Shown here one piece after another: positions 54,077 through 63,047 of a stretch of DNA of 64,000 nt. The translations under genes and the position numbers were made by a program. Position 1 is the stretch's first letter, and each line of letters opens with the position of its first letter. The DNA comes from Gammaproteobacteria bacterium (GTDB taxonomy: Bacteria; Pseudomonadota; Gammaproteobacteria; Pseudomonadales; IMCC2047): positions 26,087 through 90,086 of the forward strand of contig JAJFKB010000004.1 in the NCBI GenBank assembly GCA_021773395.1. The letters are read 5' to 3'. Under the pieces are notes generated by a model that was given only the letters and a program-made list of their open reading frames with translations, made no database searches and was not told the origin of the DNA.

Positions 54077-54928
54077 ATGCCTAAAATAACCAGTTTGAAA
54101 AAGTTTTTGAAAAACACTCTAAAAAAAATAGGAGTAAATTACTATCGCATATTTGCACCATATGGTAACGATGATCTGGCCGAATGCTTCTTAAAGCTAG
54201 GGCTAAAGAAATCAGATAATGTTTTTGTGCACTCCTCCTATGACAAGTTTCTGGGTTTCAACGGAAAACCGTACGACGTTATAAAATCGATCCAAAAAAT
54301 CATCGGGGAAACAGGCACTTTATTGATGCCATCTATGCCTTTTGGAGATTCAGCGTACCGCTATATAAGTTCGGGAAAAAAGTTTGATGTACGTAAAACA
54401 CCCTCGGCGATGGGACTGCTAACGGAACTTTTTCGCAGAGATCCAGATACCATACGAAGTGCTCACCCGACTCACCCGATACTTGCAAATGGCCCCATGA
54501 CCGATGTTTTCGTTGCCAACCATGAGCAAGCAACAACTCCCTGCGGTAAATACAGCCCTTTTGATAAACTGGCCGAACTTGATGGTAAAATATTGCTGTT
54601 AGGTACAGGCATCCAGGTACTCACTTTTTTCCACTATCTCGAGGAGCGCTTCGAGGAAGCCATTCCTCGATCCCCGTTTACCGAGGACCAATTTATAGTT
54701 ACTTTCTTTGATGAGAACGCCAAAGAGATAACTGTACAAACTCGCCTTTATGATCAAAATATTTCCAGAAGCAGGAACCTTGTACCATTAGAGCAACAAC
54801 TCAAAACCAACGGCCAATGGCAACGTTCAAAACTAGGTGCCCTCGAAATTGTAGTACTTAGTGTTGGCGATATCGTTAAGGCCTACCAGCAACTAATTGA
54901 AAAGAATATTTTTTGTTATGACGAATAA
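54077..54928 (+). CDS. AAC(3)-family (Antibiotic_NAT fold) N-acyltransferase
   Basis: 283 aa. VFVHSSYDKFLGF...GTLLMPSMPF, MGLLTELFRR..D.IRSAHPTHPILANG, GKYSPFDKLAELDGKILLLGTG...TFFHYLEE. Confidence 0.75.
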   Translation: MPKITSLKKFLKNTLKKIGVNYYRIFAPYGNDDLAECFLKLGLKKSDNVFVHSSYDKFLGFNGKPYDVIKSIQKIIGETGTLLMPSMPFGDSAYRYISSGKKFDVRKTPSAMGLLTELFRRDPDTIRSAHPTHPILANGPMTDVFVANHEQATTPCGKYSPFDKLAELDGKILLLGTGIQVLTFFHYLEERFEEAIPRSPFTEDQFIVTFFDENAKEITVQTRLYDQNISRSRNLVPLEQQLKTNGQWQRSKLGALEIVVLSVGDIVKAYQQLIEKNIFCYDE

Positions 54929-56804
54929 ATCAAACTCAATTGCCGATGATCAGCTAAGGCCAGAGTTTTCCTCCGCATGCGAATCAGGGGATTACTGGAA
55001 AAGCAAAGCGGCGGCAGATGCAATACTTAAACAGAACAGTTCCGGGGCATCAATCCGTTACCTAGTAGGTACAATTAAGCAAAACGCCGCAAATTTTGAA
55101 AATATTAAAAATATTAGGCTGGCCCTTCTCTCTTCCTACTCGATTGAGTTCATAAGGGATGCCCTCTACCTGAGTTTCTTTCGGAATGGTCTGCTATTAG
55201 ATATCTACCAACCGGGCTTTAATCAATTCCGTCAGGAAATTCTGGATCCAGATAGCTCCCTGTACGCATTCAACCCCGACATCCTAATACTATCCGTTGA
55301 GGGTGCGCATTTGTGCCCTCTGCTCTATCAACACTCATCGGTCAAAAATTCAGATTTGTTGGAAGACACCATCAAAGAGGTCCACCAACTAATCACTACT
55401 TTCCGAGAAAGAAGCACTTCGGCAATTATAGTTCAAAACCTATCACCGCAAATTTACCCCGGTCTAGGGGTAGGCGATTCAAATTCACTCTATAGCACCC
55501 GGCAGTTAGTGCATCAAATAAACCATCAGCTCACACAATTGGCCTCAGAAAACAGAGGCATCTATATACTCGATTATGATGCATTAGTTGCTAAATATGG
55601 TGGATTAAACTGGCGCGATGAAAGGATGAACTTTTACGCACAGGTGCCGATTAATAAAAATGTGTTTATATTACTCGCCAAAGAGTTTGCCAAAATCGTA
55701 CGCATACTTTTTGGAGGTGCAAAAAAGTGTTTAGTCGTGGATTTAGACAACACTCTTTGGGGAGGAATACTGGGAGAAGACGGCCCAGATAATATACAAA
55801 TTGGCCCCGTTTATCCGGGAAATGCATTTAAAGCATTTCAAGAGGCACTGCTTAGCCTCAAGAGCAGAGGGGTCATATTGGCTATCGCCAGCAAAAATAA
55901 TTTGAGTGACGTTAAAGAAGCCTTCACAACTAACACTCATATGGCATTAAAGCTAGATGATTTCTCAGATAAACAGATCCATTGGCAGGAAAAATCACTC
56001 TCCTTGATGGAAATAGCTACAAACCTGAATATCGGGCTGGAGCATATGGTGTTTGTCGATGATAACCCTGTTGAATGTGAACAAATAAAACAGAGCCTAC
56101 CAATGGTTGAGGTTATAAACTTCCCAAAGCAACCAGAAAACTATGCAGCGTGCTTATTTGAAGAGGGGTTTTTTGATACACTCCAGGAATCAAGGGAAGA
56201 CATGCAAAGAGCATCCCTCTATAAACAAAGGTCAGATGCGGAAGCTTTCCGCAAACAAGCATCCAATATGAAAGATTTCTACCGAGGGCTGCAAATGGAA
56301 ATCCAGTTTGCAAAGGTAGATGATAAAAGCGTCACCCGCACCGCACAGCTAACTCAAAAAACGAATCAATTCAATGCGACGACACAACGCTACTCCGAGG
56401 CAAATCTTGAAGTAATGATGGCTGATGACAATTGGTGCTTATATAACTTGTCCGTTAAAGATAAATTCGGAGACAATGGCATTGTCGGAGTTTTATTCGC
56501 TCAAATTAAGGATGATATCTTTATCATAGATACTTTCCTGTTAAGCTGCCGAGTTATAGGGCGAACCGTTGAGAGGGCAATGCTCGCGTTTCTTTGTACA
56601 CAAGCCAGGTTAAATAGACTATCTTTTCTAGTGGGAAAGATTCATTTTACGCCAAAGAACATGCCGGTCCGTGACGTATATAAAGATTTTGGGTTTGAAG
56701 AGATTCATAGCACTCCAGAGGAAACACAGTGGCGACTGGAGGTCAATAAGGCAAAAACTGATTTCCCGGATTGGTTTCAGATAAATGACAAGGTCAACTC
56801 TTAG
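54918..56804 (+). CDS. FkbH-like protein (HAD-IIIC phosphatase/acyl-loading domain with C-terminal GNAT-like domain)
   Basis: CLVVDLDNTLWGGILGEDG (HAD motif I), ILAIASKNN, VFVDDNPVE. C-terminal ...FLLSCRVIGRTVE. ATG 54918 overlaps the upstream stop by 11 nt (an alternative TTG lies at 54897). Confidence 0.85.
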   Translation: MTNKSNSIADDQLRPEFSSACESGDYWKSKAAADAILKQNSSGASIRYLVGTIKQNAANFENIKNIRLALLSSYSIEFIRDALYLSFFRNGLLLDIYQPGFNQFRQEILDPDSSLYAFNPDILILSVEGAHLCPLLYQHSSVKNSDLLEDTIKEVHQLITTFRERSTSAIIVQNLSPQIYPGLGVGDSNSLYSTRQLVHQINHQLTQLASENRGIYILDYDALVAKYGGLNWRDERMNFYAQVPINKNVFILLAKEFAKIVRILFGGAKKCLVVDLDNTLWGGILGEDGPDNIQIGPVYPGNAFKAFQEALLSLKSRGVILAIASKNNLSDVKEAFTTNTHMALKLDDFSDKQIHWQEKSLSLMEIATNLNIGLEHMVFVDDNPVECEQIKQSLPMVEVINFPKQPENYAACLFEEGFFDTLQESREDMQRASLYKQRSDAEAFRKQASNMKDFYRGLQMEIQFAKVDDKSVTRTAQLTQKTNQFNATTQRYSEANLEVMMADDNWCLYNLSVKDKFGDNGIVGVLFAQIKDDIFIIDTFLLSCRVIGRTVERAMLAFLCTQARLNRLSFLVGKIHFTPKNMPVRDVYKDFGFEEIHSTPEETQWRLEVNKAKTDFPDWFQINDKVNS

Positions 56805-56822
56805 TCAGAAGGAATAAAACAA

Positions 56823-57059
56823 ATGCCAGAGTCACTCCAAGATATAGTCAAACAGACGTTAGCGGACATTCTCAGTATGGACACTTCAAACATCGATGAT
56901 GAAACCTCAATGGATAGCGTTGATGGCTGGGATTCAGCAAACCATATCTCTCTAATCTTAGCACTGGAGGAGGAACTAAACTTAGCGTTCGATATATCGG
57001 AAATCGAGGAAATGATTTCTGTTTACGATATAGTTTCTATAATCGAACAAAAATCCTAA
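56823..57059 (+). CDS. acyl carrier protein
   Basis: 78 aa. Phosphopantetheine-attachment context DSVDGWDSANHISLILALEEE. AAGGAA Shine-Dalgarno sequence upstream. Confidence 0.85.
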   Translation: MPESLQDIVKQTLADILSMDTSNIDDETSMDSVDGWDSANHISLILALEEELNLAFDISEIEEMISVYDIVSIIEQKS

Positions 57060-57076
57060 TCGAACAACTGGAAAAT

Positions 57077-57106
57077 ATCGTGGGATCAAAAATCGTGGGA
57101 TCAAAA
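57077..57106. repeat. perfect 15-bp tandem duplication spanning the dehydratase-reductase start codon
   Basis: atcgtgggatcaaaa at 57077-57091 and again at 57092-57106. This duplicates the GTG (57080 and 57095) and gives the N-terminal MGSKIVGSK. Confidence 0.9.
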
Positions 57107-58330
57107 AGAGACGAGGTCAACAGCCTAAATATCGAAGATATTGCCATCGGTGACACCTTCGCCATCAACAGGACATTTACTAAAGAGGATGTTGATAATT
57201 TTGCTGCGATAAGCGGTGATTTCAGTCCATTGCATGTGGACCCTGAATACGCTAAAGGTACAGAGTTCGGCGAATGCATTGTCCATGGCATGCTGTTAGC
57301 CAGTCTTTTCTCAAACCTAGTGGGTATGAAAATACCCGGCAAATCAGCTTTATATCTGGCTCAGGAACTTGCATTTCGTAAACCGGTATTTATTGATGAA
57401 GAGCTAAGCGTAAAAGCTAAAGTAACCGCTAAAAAATCGGTGACCTCTACCATAGTACTAGCCACAGAAATACGTAATAGTGAAGGCAAAGTCGTTGTCA
57501 GCGGAACGGCAAAAGTAAAAATTCGGGATTCTGTACCGGTATCAGAAAACATTACTGAAGAGGCAATTGGTCCAGCAACTCAGAAAGGTAAGCGCGTCGC
57601 GGTAATTTCAGGCGGGTCCCGTGGTATCGGCGGTGCAATATCAAGAAAGCTCGCTGACGCAAATTACCATTGTGTCATCCTGTATCATTCCAACGCCAAC
57701 CAGGCGCGCTTAACACTTCAGGATATAGAAAAAAAAGGGGGATCGGCCTCTGCTATCAAAGTTGACATAAGCAACAATGCAGAGATAAACGAACTATGTA
57801 ATACCCTAGAAAGGGATTTCGGCCAGGTAGCCGTTTTAGTGAATGCTGCGATCGGCGATCTTGATCAGATTCCGGCAATAGAACTTACCTGGGATAATTT
57901 TATCTATTACTTCGATACCCAATTGAAAGGTGTTATGAGTTTAAGTCAGAAATTGCATCCATTAATGTGCGCAAACGGAAAAGGTGCCATCGTAAATATA
58001 CTTTCGCAAGTGGTTAATAATACACCGCCTCCGGGAATGGCCCATTACGTGACGGCCAAATACGCCCTTCTCGGACTATCCAAAGCATTAGCTTCTGAGT
58101 GGGCTAAAGATAATATAAGAATAAATATGGTTTCTCCAGGGCTCGCAAGAACTGAACTAACGCAACACTACAACGAAAAAATTTTCCGCATGGAAGAGAT
58201 TAAAACGCCTTTAGGCAGATTGGTTGAAATGGAAGAAATTGCGGAAAGCATTGCATACTTGGTGAGCGATAACGCGAATTTCATCTCCGGGACAAACCTT
58301 TATCTTACCGGTGGCCAGGATATGCCTTGA
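57080..58330 (+). CDS. MaoC-like (hot-dog) dehydratase fused to a short-chain dehydrogenase/reductase (FabG-like)
   Basis: 416 aa. N-terminal FAAISGDFSPLHVDPEYA and IVHGMLL. C-terminal VAVISGGSRGIGGAI (TGxxxGxG variant), NAA, YVTAKYALLGLSKAL (YxxxK). Confidence 0.85.
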   Translation: MGSKIVGSKRDEVNSLNIEDIAIGDTFAINRTFTKEDVDNFAAISGDFSPLHVDPEYAKGTEFGECIVHGMLLASLFSNLVGMKIPGKSALYLAQELAFRKPVFIDEELSVKAKVTAKKSVTSTIVLATEIRNSEGKVVVSGTAKVKIRDSVPVSENITEEAIGPATQKGKRVAVISGGSRGIGGAISRKLADANYHCVILYHSNANQARLTLQDIEKKGGSASAIKVDISNNAEINELCNTLERDFGQVAVLVNAAIGDLDQIPAIELTWDNFIYYFDTQLKGVMSLSQKLHPLMCANGKGAIVNILSQVVNNTPPPGMAHYVTAKYALLGLSKALASEWAKDNIRINMVSPGLARTELTQHYNEKIFRMEEIKTPLGRLVEMEEIAESIAYLVSDNANFISGTNLYLTGGQDMP

Positions 58331-58464
58331 AGCATCTATTAAGCTCGAAGTGATTCTCTCTGGGGGTGCCACAAATAACCGTTCTTTGAGCTTACTCTCC
58401 TTGGGGAGCATATAGAGATGGTGACCAGAAAATTCATCGTCACGAGCGTTATTAACTACTAAAA

Positions 58465-59763
58465 TTGCAAAGCGGGTTTCCACCCTTGAACCAGGAACTA
58501 AAAACAGCGAGATGGAAAGTGAATTGGCTAGACATAAGCTTTTATCGTAAAAAATACTGGGATTACTCTAATGATCGCGCAAAAAGGCAAAAACTGAAAC
58601 TACCGGAAAACAGTATCTTTGCCAAACGCGTGGCTGACGAAAAGAGAGCACATCTATTAGCGGTTCCTGAATATGGTAGGAAAGACATCCAGAATCACCT
58701 CAACGCTGCAATTGAATGGCTGCTATCGGCACAGAGAGCAACAGCTGATGACGGAGTAGCTCTTGGATATTTCCCACTTGATATAGAAGGAGGATGGAAG
58801 TCTTCCTATCCCGAAACAACAGGCTACATTATTACTACTTTGCTCAAATTTGCTCAACAATACAACAGGCGGGATGTTACTGATGCAGCGCTGGCTATGG
58901 CCGACTGGGAAACCCAGGTGCAGATGTCTACAGGCGCAGCGCAAGGTGGTCCGGTATGTGCATCAGAAAAACAAACAGCCGCCGCCTTTAATACCGGCAT
59001 GGTATTAGATGGGTTATGTTCGGCTTACGAGGCAACAAAGAAAAATCGTTATTTAAGCTCCTTGGAGCAAGCCGCTCTGTTTCTCTGCAACGACCTGGAC
59101 AGTGAAGGCTATTTCCAGACCAACGGTAATTTTGTGAGTCAGGAAAAAATCAAAACCTACACCTGCCTCTGTGCCTGGGCTATGTATCGCGCTGGGCTAC
59201 TGCTGGATTCGGAGCAGATTAAAGGAGCTGCAATTAAATCGGTGGAAGCGGCTATGCGGCAGCAGCAGAAAAACGGTTGGTTTGCGCACAACTGCCTCAC
59301 CCATTCGGAAAAGCCTCTAACCCATACTATCGGTTACGCTATTCAGGGCATTTTAGAGGTAGGTGTTTTGGCGGAGCGTATGGATCTTGTTTGCGCCGCT
59401 GAAACAGCTCTATTGGCAACAGTTAACCAACAAACTTCTACGGGTTTTCTTGCCGGCAGGCTAGACAACAACTGGAAACCCGTTAGTGAATATGCCTGTT
59501 TAACCGGCTCAGTTCAGCTATCAATTTCCTGCTACCGACTGGCGTTACTCTATGGCAAAACCGATTTTATACCTCTAGCCAATAAACTGGTTGATTTTGT
59601 CATGGCCACTCAATTACTCGATATCGAAAATGAAGGTATGAGGGGAGCGATAGCGGGCTCCTACCCTTTATCAGGAGAGTATATGAGTTACGGGTATCCC
59701 AACTGGGCGACTAAATACTTTGTCGATGCATTGATGTTGCGCAAGCAAGTCTACGACGGCTAA
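58465..59763 (+). CDS. hypothetical protein, probable (alpha/alpha)6-barrel (terpenoid-cyclase/prenyltransferase-like repeats)
   Basis: 432 aa. Repeated A-x-x-W-L/F-hydrophobic helical hairpins (AIEWLLSAQ..., QQKNGWF, ATQLLD...GAIAGSYP). No catalytic motif recognised. TTG start uncertain. Confidence 0.4.
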   Translation: MQSGFPPLNQELKTARWKVNWLDISFYRKKYWDYSNDRAKRQKLKLPENSIFAKRVADEKRAHLLAVPEYGRKDIQNHLNAAIEWLLSAQRATADDGVALGYFPLDIEGGWKSSYPETTGYIITTLLKFAQQYNRRDVTDAALAMADWETQVQMSTGAAQGGPVCASEKQTAAAFNTGMVLDGLCSAYEATKKNRYLSSLEQAALFLCNDLDSEGYFQTNGNFVSQEKIKTYTCLCAWAMYRAGLLLDSEQIKGAAIKSVEAAMRQQQKNGWFAHNCLTHSEKPLTHTIGYAIQGILEVGVLAERMDLVCAAETALLATVNQQTSTGFLAGRLDNNWKPVSEYACLTGSVQLSISCYRLALLYGKTDFIPLANKLVDFVMATQLLDIENEGMRGAIAGSYPLSGEYMSYGYPNWATKYFVDALMLRKQVYDG

Positions 59764-59947
59764 TATGCGGTAACTCTATATATAGGGCGACTGATTGCCC
59801 CCAAATTAATCCTTTGAAAAACTATTCGTTTCAACAATTCAGCATTAACTCAGAACAGCAATATTGAAATCCCCATTAGCGGCTCAAATATACGAGAGGG
59901 GTGATTTTGCTAGTTTAGAATCCTTTCCATGCTAATTTACTAAACTC

Positions 59948-60808
59948 CTATAAACTACTTCTTTTATCAAGTTCGCCTATAGATTTAAAGCACACTAACA
60001 CACTGCCAGCGGTAATAAATTGTATTGCCAAGCGCAACGGAGGAAAAAAGCAAATTGTTCGCACAACGATCCTCTTTAACCCAGTGTTATGACGCAATAA
60101 CATCATATCGGGGCGCAATAGAAATCTATCCATCCCTAGCTTTCTCATGTATTTAATCAAGCCGTATACTGTAAACCAATGGAACGCTGGATATTGAGCA
60201 AAATTTGAAATTTCAGGCTTGTCAGTCATCGCTCTTCGCAGAAAGTACCGCTTTAACCATCCAGGATACCAGCTGTACGCGGGGAGATTAAACTCCATTT
60301 GGCGTGGGCAAAGTTTATTAGTCGTGCTCAAATAAAGTGCGCCTCCAGGTTTTAAGACTCTTACCGCTTCATTAACACAACTTTGCCAATCCTTGACGTG
60401 CTCGAGTAATTCCGGCACAAAGCATATATCAAACGAATCATTCGGGAACGGCAAATCAGTCGCGCTACAGTTTTTAAACTCGATTTCCAATTCTTCTTCT
60501 TTTGCCCGTCTCGCTCCCAGCTGTTGCAGATCACTGCTGAGATCGATAGAACAGGGAAGATGCCCTTTGCGAGCCATAACAATAGAAAGTGTTCCCGCAC
60601 CACCGCCAATATCTGCAACCTTTAAACTTTCTTCGGTTTTGTTGTCCGGAAGTGCAGCAAGAACCGCATCTGCTAAGCGCTCAAACCTGGCTATTGTTTC
60701 CGGCTTCGTGCTTTCCCTAGAATAATATTCATAAAAATTCGGGTCAGTTGAAGTACTCCATGTGGGCGATACCTGCTCATCTGACGGCTTAACTTTAGAC
60801 TCATTCAC
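59948..60808 (-). CDS. class I SAM-dependent methyltransferase
   Basis: 286 aa. VADIGGGAGTLS (motif I), SIDLS, FDICFVPELLEH, LKPGGALYLSTTN. Confidence 0.8.
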   Translation of the reverse strand: MNESKVKPSDEQVSPTWSTSTDPNFYEYYSRESTKPETIARFERLADAVLAALPDNKTEESLKVADIGGGAGTLSIVMARKGHLPCSIDLSSDLQQLGARRAKEEELEIEFKNCSATDLPFPNDSFDICFVPELLEHVKDWQSCVNEAVRVLKPGGALYLSTTNKLCPRQMEFNLPAYSWYPGWLKRYFLRRAMTDKPEISNFAQYPAFHWFTVYGLIKYMRKLGMDRFLLRPDMMLLRHNTGLKRIVVRTICFFPPLRLAIQFITAGSVLVCFKSIGELDKRSSL

Positions 60809-60942
60809 ACTAAAAAACCTGGTTGTTGGACATAAAATCAGCTTAGTTCATATCTTGCAAACATTACAGAAATTCACCTACAAATAGAGAACAATCCCCC
60901 CCATTTTCAGGACACTTATAGATTAAGAGCACCTCTCTTAAT

Positions 60943-62187
60943 CTAACTAACCACTTTTTCAAACAATCTAGCATACTCGCCCGTCAGCGATCGTCTGGAA
61001 TATCTTTGTACGGAGTCCGGGTTAGCAATTGGAGCGGTTCCTCCTCTAACTGCCCGTATAAAGTCAACCAGTTTTTCCTTAATCCCCTCTTTATCAGATA
61101 GCTCCGAAACAGTATCGATATCCGCCTCCCGCAATACCTGCGCCGTATCGCCTTCTGAAGCCGTTAATGCAAGAACAGGTTTGTGCGCGCGAAAATATTC
61201 ATAGAGCTTGGCAGGAATCTGGTGATTACAGTTTGCCGCCTGAAACAATAACAGTCCATCGGCTAAGAGCATTTCACTGAGCGCTTCCTGATAATTGATA
61301 CCGGGCTCCAGAGAAACAATATCCGCAATTCCCCTACTCTCCAACATCGGCCGATAAATATCATCATTTGCCGTAGAGCGTAAAACGATCGCTAATTCTT
61401 CAGCACTAATCTTGTTTGTCGACTTTAGTTCACTGAGGGCATCAAAAAATTGTGTAGGGTCTCGTTCAGAAGGATATAAAATACCACTGTGAATAAGCGT
61501 AACTCGCCCAGAATTTTTCGCATTGTACGGTATAAGGTTTTTCTCTGCCTGAACGAAAATCCCCTCATCATAGCCATTGGGAATTACTGCAAACTTTTCT
61601 GCCTCCACCGAAGGATATCTAGCACAGTACATACTCTGTGTCCCTGACGTTGTAAATACAAGCAATGCAGCATCTTGAACAGCTCTGCGTTCGACCCAGC
61701 GAAAAGCTCTCCTACGGACTGGATCAGTCGGATAATAATCCTCAGTCATGGAATCCCGACAATCCGCAATCCAAGGCACCCCTGTAAGCTTACTAAGCAC
61801 CCAACCGATCAAATGTGCAGTAGCAATAGGAAATGTTGACCAAATAAGATCCGGCTTTTCCTTTCGAATAAAACTCAATCCCGAAACAACTGCCCCAGGT
61901 AACCAGGAGACCCAACGGTCCGGCAACGCCATGAAACTAGGATAACTTCCCTTTACTGAAAAATGCCTGGCTGTATCTCTTCCAAAGGCTCTAATCACTT
62001 TTACGCCGGGAGGAATACCCTTGAGCTGATCATCACTGGTTATTTCATAGGCTTTTGGAGAAATGGTCAGAATCGTCGGTTGCCAGTCATTTTCCTCGAG
62101 GTAGCGGGCCATAGATAAAGTCCGCTGAATTCCGCTGCTGATCTTGAATGGGGGAAAATGAAAGGCAATGAGCAGGGCTTTTTTCAT
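60943..62187 (-). CDS. GT-B fold glycosyltransferase (family-4-like)
   Basis: Start set at ATG 62187 (MKKALLIAFHFPP), which forms an ATGA overlap with the upstream stop. C-terminal ...PAKLYEYFRAHKPVLAL... is typical of the GT4 nucleotide-sugar-binding half. Confidence 0.7.
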   Translation of the reverse strand: MKKALLIAFHFPPFKISSGIQRTLSMARYLEENDWQPTILTISPKAYEITSDDQLKGIPPGVKVIRAFGRDTARHFSVKGSYPSFMALPDRWVSWLPGAVVSGLSFIRKEKPDLIWSTFPIATAHLIGWVLSKLTGVPWIADCRDSMTEDYYPTDPVRRRAFRWVERRAVQDAALLVFTTSGTQSMYCARYPSVEAEKFAVIPNGYDEGIFVQAEKNLIPYNAKNSGRVTLIHSGILYPSERDPTQFFDALSELKSTNKISAEELAIVLRSTANDDIYRPMLESRGIADIVSLEPGINYQEALSEMLLADGLLLFQAANCNHQIPAKLYEYFRAHKPVLALTASEGDTAQVLREADIDTVSELSDKEGIKEKLVDFIRAVRGGTAPIANPDSVQRYSRRSLTGEYARLFEKVVS

Positions 62188-63032
62188 TCTGCAACCAGCC
62201 AATCAGCGGTAATTTTTATCGACATTTCCATATCCTGCTTACATGAGAAAGTATGATCTGCGCGTTTCAAATCAACACGTTCAATTTGATCGGAGCCAAG
62301 TAGTTTCCTCCACTTTGAAGAAGTATTTACGGTATCCATAAATTCAGCGGCTGTGAGATCATTGCCGCTTAGAATAAGTAACGCTTTTCCGGTAAAGGCA
62401 CTTAACCCGTTAAAAACCCGTTCAGGTAATGGCTCTGAAACAGGACTTTTATTATTTTTGGCCTTCATAAGGTTATTTTTTAAAGAGGCTAACGAGGCGC
62501 GAAAATCAAATTGCCCGGAGAACAGCTTATGCCACAATTGCCATTTCCTCAGGTGCTTCAGATAATAATGTTTAATGTATGCCTGCGCCTCACTCTGCTC
62601 GGTTCTCACCCACGGATTGGCCAGAACCAAACCGCTTACCCGTTTATCTTGGTGCGCATAGAAACAGGCAGCCGATGCGCCATCGCAAAGTCCCCATAAA
62701 ATAATTCTTTCCAGTTGCGGCTGTTCAATCATAAAAATGCTAATCGCTGCCTCGATATCATCGTTGATCGCTTCAAAACCAGGAAATTCACCGCTACTGT
62801 CGCCCATTCCCCTGCAATCGAAGCGAAACACCGGCAAACCATTCCGCGCCAACCCCCTAGCCAACAGCACAAACTGCCGGTGACTTCCCGCACGATATTG
62901 GGGCCCGCCAACGACGATCACAACACCGATCTTGTCCTCCGTTTTGTACTGGTCTGCGGCGCAATGAACTATCCCAGCAAGACTTTCTCCAGCACATGAA
63001 AATACTACCGGCTTTTCTGTGTGTTGATCCAT
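62184..63032 (-). CDS. alpha/beta hydrolase, exosortase-A-system-associated 'hydrolase' type, with a Cys at the nucleophile elbow
   Basis: 282 aa. VVGGPQYRAGSHRQF, elbow LWGLCDGASAA, LSGNDLTA, ADHTF. Confidence 0.75.
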   Translation of the reverse strand: MDQHTEKPVVFSCAGESLAGIVHCAADQYKTEDKIGVVIVVGGPQYRAGSHRQFVLLARGLARNGLPVFRFDCRGMGDSSGEFPGFEAINDDIEAAISIFMIEQPQLERIILWGLCDGASAACFYAHQDKRVSGLVLANPWVRTEQSEAQAYIKHYYLKHLRKWQLWHKLFSGQFDFRASLASLKNNLMKAKNNKSPVSEPLPERVFNGLSAFTGKALLILSGNDLTAAEFMDTVNTSSKWRKLLGSDQIERVDLKRADHTFSCKQDMEMSIKITADWLVAE

Positions 63033-63047
63033 GTATCTGAGTATCCT

